From a virus (Duplodnaviria; Caudoviricetes): a stretch of DNA of 27,296 bases. Below, one piece after another: positions 6,961 through 13,807 of the stretch. The notes below the pieces were generated by a model. It did not search any database and was not told the origin of the DNA. It saw only the letters and a program-made list of their open reading frames with translations. The position numbers and the translations under genes are program-made. Numbering within the stretch: the first letter of the stretch is position 1; each line of letters starts with the position of its first letter. The stretch is taken from IMG/VR virus record IMGVR_UViG_3300035216_000549, positions 1 through 27,296 of that record; one strand, written 5' to 3'.

Positions 6961-9264
6961 ATGTCAGATATTAACGTAACAGCTCATGGTATAAATCCAG
7001 AAACAGGTGAATATCTTTCGCCATCGGAGAGAAAAGCCCTCTTTAAGAAGAGGAAGATGGGTTCTAAAATTAACACAGATGTTTTCAAAAGTGGTGTTGT
7101 CTCTGGTGTTAGAGCAGCACAGAAGGTAAAACAAAAAGCAGAATCTGATGTTGGAGATTTTGTTGATCTCGAACGTGAGTTAAATAAACTAAATGATAAA
7201 GCTGCTGGAGATGGCGGAAAGGGTGGTGGTATTTCTGCTATTGTTCCGTTTTCTAATATATCTTCTGGTAATTCTGTAAAAGAACCTGTAGAAAAAGTAA
7301 GAGTTAACGTTGATGATGCACCACCAGAACAAGCTGAAGAATCAAAAGAATCTTTTAAGGATGCTCTTAAGAAGTTATTAGAAACTTTAAAAAAAGTAAC
7401 TAGAATAAAATCAAAACAAAAAAAATCTTCTGGCAAAACTAAGAAGGTAAATGAGAAAGGTAAGACAGGAAAAAAGAAAGAACGAAAAACTTCTGGTAGA
7501 GATATATTTGGTATTGGTAGAAAAATTAAAGGTAAGGTATCAAAAACACTGGGGGATGTCTTTGGAATTTTTGGTGATATTATAGCGTTTGCAGCTCTAA
7601 ATTGGATTGCTGATCCGAAGAATAAGAAAATAGTAAAAGGCATTTTTGAATTTTTAGGACACGCTTTTAAATTTATTAATTTCTTTGTAGGAGCATTTGT
7701 TGATAATGCAATGACTGGGTTGTCTCAACTTCTTGGACCTGATAGAAGTATGGGTGAGAGGTTTTTTGGTGCTCTCCGTTTAATAACAGGATTTTTTCTA
7801 CTCAGATGGATTAAAAAACCATGGAAGGTAGTTAAGGATATAAAAAGAATTACTAAAGTATTCGGTAAGTTTAGTAAATTTGTAAACAAAATTTTTAAAA
7901 AACCAATTCAGTTTATTCAAAATTTTGTTCAGAAAGCTTTAAATAAAACTATAGGTAAAGTTTTTAAAGGTGCTCTCTTTAAACCACTTAGAAGATTTAT
8001 TATTCAGGTTGGCGGCAAGAGTTTAATTAAACTATTGGGAGCCGTTGGTAGAGGATTCGTAAAAATTATAAGTAGAGTTCCTTTCATTGGTGCTCTCTTA
8101 GAATTCTTTATGGATGTTTTCTTATTTAAAAAACCTCCTATGCGATCTGGATTTAAAGCTATTGGTGCCGCATTACTTGGTGCTGTTGGTATGATTGGTG
8201 GTCCAATAGGTTCTATTATTGGTGGATGGGTTGGTGGTGAAGCTGGCGGGTGGTTATATGATGCTTGGTTTGGTCAAGGTCATAACCCAGATGACCCGAA
8301 AGATGAAGATGGTAAAAAGAAATCTGAAAAAGATTCTGAAAGTGCAACACCAAAAATGATGTCTGAGAATGAATTCTACAATACAAGAGTAGATGCAGAT
8401 ACAGACTCAAATTCATATGATCTTCTTTTGGGAGCAGATACATATGGAGAATATACGGCAAGATTTACATCACCAGGACAACAAACTGCTACAACTATGG
8501 CAGATGGTGCTATTAATCAACAGGCATCTTTACTATTACGTAACTATGAAGGTTTAGAATTGAATGCATATCCTGATCCAGCTACAAAGGCTGAACCATA
8601 TACAATTGGTATTGGTGCAACATATTATCCACCAGGATTTAGATTAGCAGGAAGACCGGGAAATAAAGTTGAACTAGGTGATACAATTACCGAAGCAGAA
8701 GCGTATGAAATTAAAAGATATCATGTAAACCAATTTGCTTCATCAGCAGAATCTAAGATTGGTTCTGGGACATGGAATAAACTACCAGCAGGTGTGAAGG
8801 TTGCTTTAATATCAAAAGCATTTAATTATGGAGAGGTTTATGATTCTGCCATACCTCTAATAGAATCTGGCGCTGATACAGGAGACTTCTCTGATCTAGC
8901 AGGTTACTTTAGTAATAGATTAGCAAAACATAATAATGGTATAAACAGTTGGAGAAGAAATGATGAAGCATCTGTAATTCTAACTAACTCAAGTCCACGA
9001 GCTAATCTGGCATTTGGTGGGGGTTCTGGGATGGTAAGACCTAAACAATCTATTGCTAAATTAACAAAAATTCCAGTAAGGAATTCATCTATGCCATCAG
9101 ATAGTAAGTCGTTTGCAATAGACGAAAAAATAAAATCTAATGGTGCAATGGAATTACCAATTGTCATAAACAACGTACAAGAAAATATAGCTAGATTCTC
9201 TATCACCACTTTGACTCTAAATAACAATAGGATGCCTGTCAATCAAGTCCTTAGTAGGTTATAA
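6961..9264 (+). CDS. Tape-measure-like virion protein with C-terminal GH24 (phage lysozyme) domain
   Basis: 767 aa. Lys-rich and amphipathic region with RVPFIGALL and GPIGSIIGGWVGG, then EGLELNAYPDPATKAEPYTIGIGAT (E-x8-D...T, E at about 8548), ALISKAFNYG and NGINSWRRNDEA. Confidence 0.8.
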   Translation: MSDINVTAHGINPETGEYLSPSERKALFKKRKMGSKINTDVFKSGVVSGVRAAQKVKQKAESDVGDFVDLERELNKLNDKAAGDGGKGGGISAIVPFSNISSGNSVKEPVEKVRVNVDDAPPEQAEESKESFKDALKKLLETLKKVTRIKSKQKKSSGKTKKVNEKGKTGKKKERKTSGRDIFGIGRKIKGKVSKTLGDVFGIFGDIIAFAALNWIADPKNKKIVKGIFEFLGHAFKFINFFVGAFVDNAMTGLSQLLGPDRSMGERFFGALRLITGFFLLRWIKKPWKVVKDIKRITKVFGKFSKFVNKIFKKPIQFIQNFVQKALNKTIGKVFKGALFKPLRRFIIQVGGKSLIKLLGAVGRGFVKIISRVPFIGALLEFFMDVFLFKKPPMRSGFKAIGAALLGAVGMIGGPIGSIIGGWVGGEAGGWLYDAWFGQGHNPDDPKDEDGKKKSEKDSESATPKMMSENEFYNTRVDADTDSNSYDLLLGADTYGEYTARFTSPGQQTATTMADGAINQQASLLLRNYEGLELNAYPDPATKAEPYTIGIGATYYPPGFRLAGRPGNKVELGDTITEAEAYEIKRYHVNQFASSAESKIGSGTWNKLPAGVKVALISKAFNYGEVYDSAIPLIESGADTGDFSDLAGYFSNRLAKHNNGINSWRRNDEASVILTNSSPRANLAFGGGSGMVRPKQSIAKLTKIPVRNSSMPSDSKSFAIDEKIKSNGAMELPIVINNVQENIARFSITTLTLNNNRMPVNQVLSRL

Positions 9265-10595
9265 TGGCAAATCAATTTTCTGGTGATTTTAGTTTACAAG
9301 AAGTATATCTTTATAGTGTCTATAATACTCAAAAAATAGACATAAAAAAACTCGTCTTAGAAATAAATTTATTTGAAAGTGTTATGTCTTCTGCTTTGCA
9401 AGTAGAAATATTGATACAGGATATTGGGCAAAATTTAATTAGTACTTTACCAATAGTAGGACAAGAAAGAATTCAAATAAAAATTGGAAGTAGAGATAAA
9501 ATATATGATTTAAACTATTATCTTTATAAAATAGATTCACGTACAATTATAGAAAAAGATCAGACATATATTATGCGTGGTGTTTCTATAGAAGCACTTA
9601 GAAATGAAAATTTTAGAATTTGTGAAAGAATAAATGGTGAAAAATCTGAAAATGTAATTGAAGATGTTCTGAGAAAAAATAATTTTTCTAGTAAAAAAAT
9701 ACAAAAAGACAGTACAGTTTTTCCTTTTGATATGTATGTTCCTAATTGGAGAGTATTTGATTTCTTTAATTGGATGTCGATTAGATCTATACCTGAGTAT
9801 AAGAAAGATTCAATTGGATTTCTGTTTTATGAAACATTTGATGGGTATAACTTTAAATCTATTGATAAATTATTAGAGCAGAAAGAATATCCTTCAAGTA
9901 ATATAAGTTACAAATATTCACAGGGAAATGTAAATACTATTTCTAATAATAATTCAGATAGATATAGAATTATGAATTTTAATTTTCCTAAAGTGTTTGA
10001 CATCTATGATGATTTAAGAGCAGGTGCTTTCTGTCACCAGTCAATATATCTTGATCTTAATAGAGCAACTTATAGAGTGTTCAAATCAAACGCAGATGAT
10101 TACTGGGATAAGAGTGCTCATTTAGAAAAAGCTAAACCATATCTGAGTAATGGTTTAGCTCAAATGTTAGACAGGGGAAGTAGATTTATCTATAGACCAT
10201 CAACTATCAGCACATTTGGAGATTGGGATAATAATCAAAGTGATTCAGAGAAAGACAATATTGATGAAATAAACAAAAACTTTGAGAAAGCCTTTTACAG
10301 ATACTACTTTATGCAGTATAATACAATTGATGTATCTGTTCCAGGTGATTTAGAAAACAGAGCTGGTAATGTAATTAAGATTGATTTACCAGATCCATCT
10401 AGTGCATCTGGAAATGGTGTTGGTCCTGATAAGAGGGCTAGCGGAAGATACTTAGTCACTTCCGTTAAGCATTCTATTCTAAATAGAAGTGAACTTCGTA
10501 CAAAAATCACACTGTGTAGAGATTCTTTTGGAGGACCTCCACTATCTGATACAAAACGATCGGAAAATAGAACAAATTTAGACGGTACTAACTAA
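9264..10595 (+). CDS. Baseplate hub protein, gp27-like / phage late control gpD-like
   Basis: 443 aa. N-terminal IDIKKLVLEINLFES...LPIVGQERIQIKI, central FLFYETFDGYNFKSIDKL, C-terminal VSVPGD...AGNVIKIDLP...SGRYLVTSVKH. Located just upstream of gp5. Confidence 0.72.
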   Translation: MANQFSGDFSLQEVYLYSVYNTQKIDIKKLVLEINLFESVMSSALQVEILIQDIGQNLISTLPIVGQERIQIKIGSRDKIYDLNYYLYKIDSRTIIEKDQTYIMRGVSIEALRNENFRICERINGEKSENVIEDVLRKNNFSSKKIQKDSTVFPFDMYVPNWRVFDFFNWMSIRSIPEYKKDSIGFLFYETFDGYNFKSIDKLLEQKEYPSSNISYKYSQGNVNTISNNNSDRYRIMNFNFPKVFDIYDDLRAGAFCHQSIYLDLNRATYRVFKSNADDYWDKSAHLEKAKPYLSNGLAQMLDRGSRFIYRPSTISTFGDWDNNQSDSEKDNIDEINKNFEKAFYRYYFMQYNTIDVSVPGDLENRAGNVIKIDLPDPSSASGNGVGPDKRASGRYLVTSVKHSILNRSELRTKITLCRDSFGGPPLSDTKRSENRTNLDGTN

Positions 10596-10601
10596 ACAAA
10601 T

Positions 10602-10829
10602 ATGGAAAACATCGAACAACATATCGAGAAGGATAAAGAGATCCTTGACAATCCAATGACCTCCCCCAACCAGCGTCGTCATATAGAGGGAGAACTTCAT
10701 GAGTTGGAAGTGTATGCTCATAATCATCGTAAAGAAATTAAGGCAGGAGATCATCATGATCCTTCTCCACTAGAACTGTTTTGTGAAATAGAACCAGAAT
10801 CAGCTGAATGTCGTATCTATGAAGATTAA
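10602..10829 (+). CDS. cp12: Cyanophage CP12 (Calvin-cycle inhibitor, auxiliary metabolic gene)
   Basis: 75 aa. C-terminal DPSPLELFCEIEPESAECRIYED has the CP12 C-x8-C pair, and the N-terminus IEQHIEKDKEILDNP...QRRHIEGELHELE is the phage/marine picocyanobacterial type. Confidence 0.9.
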   Translation: MENIEQHIEKDKEILDNPMTSPNQRRHIEGELHELEVYAHNHRKEIKAGDHHDPSPLELFCEIEPESAECRIYED

Positions 10830-13258
10830 TGTCAACATATAATCCTACAGAACCATCTACTAGTTTCCTAGGTAACGATGATTTTAAATGGTGGTTGGGT
10901 ACAGTAAAAAATTCTGATGACAGGGATGCAAAACTCGGTAGAGTTAAAGTAAACATCCTTGGATATCATAAACCAGGGGAGAAACCATCAAACCTTCCTT
11001 GGGCGGTTGTTTCTGCACCAACTACATCTGCAGGCGTTAATGGTGCTGGATCTGCTGGTTCTCAATTAAAAGCTGGAAGTTTTGTTATAGGATTTTTTCT
11101 TGATTATCCAGACTGTCAACAACCTATAGTACTAGGTTCACTTTTAAGTAAAATCAAACCAATCGTAGATCCTAGAAGTCAGGAGGCATTTGATTACTTC
11201 AGAGGTGTTGATAATGTTATTAATTCACAGAATGCATCTGAGAATGGAACACATGAAGCAGCAAATGCGGATCCAGAAACTAGATCATCTACATCAGAAG
11301 CAGCTGCAGTAGCACCAGAATCTGTATCAAATCCATCTGGACAACTTAAAGGAGTTACTATTGCTGATGGAAAAAATGGTGTTAAAAAAACATTAAACTC
11401 CAACTTAACTTATGCAGTTACTGCGACTGCTACAGCAATCGCTCAAGCAAGAAAGGTATCTAAGGCATCAACAGAAACCACAGTTGAACTGGATAAGGAA
11501 GATCAAACTATATTTGTATTATCAACTGAAGATTTTCCATCTAACGGTTGGCTTCAAATAGGTGAAGAAAAAGCTTCCTATACTAATAAAGGAGAAGGAA
11601 AATTTGTTTCTGTTGTCAGAGGTGGAGATAAAACAACTTCAGTAGATCATGAAGTTGGAACTTCAGTCAAATTAATAACTAAGAGTGAATATCTTGGAGT
11701 GGATACAGAAGGTAGCGAGAAGAAAGGAGAATTTTTAGGAACCTTCACAGACACACTACTTGATATTCAAGATTTGGTAGATAGAAATCTTGACATAATT
11801 AGAAATTCTATCACTGGTCTTGTCAATCAGATTAAAGCCTGGTTGATTGGTCAATCAACTCTTATTATGAATACTATTGGATTATCAGTTCCATCACCTG
11901 GACCTGGAGTTACTAAGATAATAACTGATGCTATCATGTTTATTATCCAACAAATTTCTTGTGAATTTGATGAGAATTTAATTGACAGTTTATTTGGTTT
12001 TATTGAAGATGCTATAAACGGTTTAAAAAATGCTGCATTAGATATTATTGATGCAGTAGAGTGTGTATTTGATGCAATCTTCCAAACAATTTTTAGTATC
12101 ACTGATTTAGTAGAGCAGGTAATTTCAACTGTCAATGATATAGTATCAACTTTTAGTTCAATAGGACTAGAAAATCTCGGAGATTTTTCTCAACTAAATG
12201 TTACCAGTGTTCTAGATTTTATCTTCAGTATCTTAAGAATTGGTTGTTACAAAGATACTCCAGATCCGCACGCTATTACGTTTGATTCTTGTGCAATTGG
12301 ATTTGCTTTAGACTGTGGTGTTGGTGCTGGTAAAGGTATAGGTGCATCAATTACAGGAATTAAAGGTAAACTAAATCCACAATACACCAGAATTTTAGGA
12401 GAGTTCTCTGAGACTGGTACTATGGTGATGATGGATGACACACCATACAATACCAGATTAGTAATTGAACATGGTCCAAGTAAATCTGGTATTCATATTT
12501 CAGATAATGGTGATGTAAGAATTACAAATTCTCAAAGAAAGACAGAAGTAGTTGTTAAAGATAATGATATTATTGTGCATGGAAATGTTCATATGATGGT
12601 TGATGGCAATTACCATTTAAAAGTTGGTAAGGACTATCATTTAGAAGTTTTGGGTAACTACAACATGTCTGTTAACAAACAAAGTTCTTTAACTTATTAT
12701 GGAGAACATAAGACTATAAACAAAGGAGATGCTAGAATAGAAGCAACTGGTGGATTAGCATTAACAGCATCTAAACTTGGTCTCTCAGCATCTGGACAGT
12801 ATGAATTGTGGTCACCAGTTGCTACTAATTGGGTGAATGAACTGAATAATTTTTGCATTGGCTCATTTAATATCGTCACAACTTTTTATAATAAAAGTGT
12901 TTCTCTTAATAATTACTCTCAAATTGTAGGTAATAATATTTTAAATAGAATCGGTCTTAATTTTGAACTTGGTATTGGAACATCAAATAAAACCCAACTA
13001 GGAAATGAACAAGACTGGTATGGTGGCACTTATAATGAGATTGGTACTGGTATATGGAGTGAAACTAAACTTGCAGCAGAAACAAACCAGACTCTTGGAG
13101 TAACATCACTTATAAAAGCATCGGCAAATTGGGAGTCTATTACTGGTGCTTCTTTCTCTCAAAGTACTGGATTAATGTCTTATGTTTCTAATGGACTCAG
13201 ATATGATTCGGCCGATGCACTTAAAATAAATAGGTCAACTATTCATAGCACCAGTTGA
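10829..13258 (+). CDS. gp5: Baseplate central spike gp5 (OB-fold N-terminus, beta-helix C-terminus, no recognisable lysozyme domain)
   Basis: 809 aa. OB fold: FKWWLGTV...LGRVKVNILGYH...LPWA...GSFVIGFFLD...QQPIVLGS. Then SETGTMVMMDDTPYNTRLVIEH and repeats such as IIVHGNVHMMVDGNYHLKVGKDYHLEVLGNY. Confidence 0.88.
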   Translation: MSTYNPTEPSTSFLGNDDFKWWLGTVKNSDDRDAKLGRVKVNILGYHKPGEKPSNLPWAVVSAPTTSAGVNGAGSAGSQLKAGSFVIGFFLDYPDCQQPIVLGSLLSKIKPIVDPRSQEAFDYFRGVDNVINSQNASENGTHEAANADPETRSSTSEAAAVAPESVSNPSGQLKGVTIADGKNGVKKTLNSNLTYAVTATATAIAQARKVSKASTETTVELDKEDQTIFVLSTEDFPSNGWLQIGEEKASYTNKGEGKFVSVVRGGDKTTSVDHEVGTSVKLITKSEYLGVDTEGSEKKGEFLGTFTDTLLDIQDLVDRNLDIIRNSITGLVNQIKAWLIGQSTLIMNTIGLSVPSPGPGVTKIITDAIMFIIQQISCEFDENLIDSLFGFIEDAINGLKNAALDIIDAVECVFDAIFQTIFSITDLVEQVISTVNDIVSTFSSIGLENLGDFSQLNVTSVLDFIFSILRIGCYKDTPDPHAITFDSCAIGFALDCGVGAGKGIGASITGIKGKLNPQYTRILGEFSETGTMVMMDDTPYNTRLVIEHGPSKSGIHISDNGDVRITNSQRKTEVVVKDNDIIVHGNVHMMVDGNYHLKVGKDYHLEVLGNYNMSVNKQSSLTYYGEHKTINKGDARIEATGGLALTASKLGLSASGQYELWSPVATNWVNELNNFCIGSFNIVTTFYNKSVSLNNYSQIVGNNILNRIGLNFELGIGTSNKTQLGNEQDWYGGTYNEIGTGIWSETKLAAETNQTLGVTSLIKASANWESITGASFSQSTGLMSYVSNGLRYDSADALKINRSTIHSTS

Positions 13259-13283
13259 CATCTGATTAGATTTATAGTATACT
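13255..13283 (+). promoter_or_regulatory. Sigma70-like (early) promoter
   Basis: TTGACA (13255-13260), a 17-nt spacer and TATACT (13278-13283). The -35 box overlaps the gp5 stop codon. Confidence 0.8.
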
Positions 13284-13305
13284 GGTATCAAGATAGGAGC
13301 TCCTC

Positions 13306-13491
13306 ATGGACGTAAAACCAGAATCAACTTTACATTCAGTTAAAGTTAATATGCTAACAAGAGTCGTCACATTGATAGGCCATGATGGGGAGTCGGTGGA
13401 TGTTGAAAACAATACTGCTAACGAATTTACTAAGATGTGTACCTTTATCAATGAATCTTTGTCTGATGATATGATAGAGTATACTTATTAA
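13306..13491 (+). CDS. Small acidic hypothetical protein (61 aa), probably early
   Basis: AGGAG Shine-Dalgarno at 13295-13299 and a near-consensus promoter directly upstream. No family recognised. Confidence 0.7.
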   Translation: MDVKPESTLHSVKVNMLTRVVTLIGHDGESVDVENNTANEFTKMCTFINESLSDDMIEYTY

Positions 13492-13516
13492 TATCGCACG
13501 GAACACAGAGTATAAT
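13488..13516 (+). promoter_or_regulatory. Possible sigma70-like promoter for the tRNA transcript
   Basis: TTAATA, 17-nt spacer, TATAAT (13511-13516). Perfect -10 box, 4/6 match at -35. Confidence 0.5.
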
Positions 13517-13614
13517 GTATAGATAAGAGGTAAAAACCTCAGTGAAATCCCGACTTTGTTTACCAAAAAGTCGGTAAAAAAATCCCGGGCCAAATTTGAC
13601 GTTAGGCCTTTTTC

Positions 13615-13699
13615 GGGACGGTGGTGGAATTGGTAGACACACCAGACTTAAAATCTGTCGAGCATTACGCTCATGAGGGTTCAAGTCCCTCTCGTCCTA
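13615..13699 (+). tRNA. trnL-UAA: tRNA-Leu, anticodon UAA; class II, intronless, CCA not encoded
   Basis: Acceptor GGGACGG/TCGTCCT plus discriminator A. D arm GTGGAATTGGTAGACAC. Anticodon loop CT-TAA-AA. Long variable arm GAGC-ATTAC-GCTC. T arm GAGGG-TTCAAGT-CCCTC. Confidence 0.96.
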
Positions 13700-13706
13700 T
13701 TTTTTA

Positions 13707-13798
13707 CTCCGTAATTATCCTGATTTACAACGGAAAATACTTGATAAATAAAGGGTTTTTCTTGTATAAATAAAATCAGGATATCAAAGCGCTCGGAG
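13707..13798 (+). promoter_or_regulatory. Long imperfect inverted repeat spanning the late promoter and the RBS of the giant ORF
   Basis: TATCCTGATTT (13716-13726) pairs perfectly with AAATCAGGATA (13773-13783), 11 bp. Outer pair CTCCG (13707-13711) / CGGAG (13794-13798). Inner pairs ACAA/TTGT and GGAAAA/TTTTTC. Confidence 0.7.
13765..13772 (+). promoter_or_regulatory. T4-type late promoter TATAAATA
   Basis: Exact consensus ending 35 nt before ATG 13808. GGAG RBS at 13795-13798. Confidence 0.88.
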
Positions 13799-13807
13799 AT
13801 AACACAC

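Noticed and set aside
6984-7643. 219-aa minus-strand ORF
   Set aside because: Antisense shadow of the Lys-rich part of the 6961 gene. Its F/S/L-rich composition mirrors AAA/GAA codons, and I saw no RBS or promoter.
895-12879. Other short nested ORFs (e.g. 895-1128, 1928-2191, 3521-3844, 4703-4957, 5345-5874, 8904-9242, 11851-12135)
   Set aside because: They overlap well-supported structural genes, wholly or mostly, and show no independent expression signals or recognisable motifs.
13354-13684. Minus-strand ORFs 13354-13593 and 13448-13684
   Set aside because: They overlap the tRNA, its leader and the plus-strand ORF that has a promoter and RBS.
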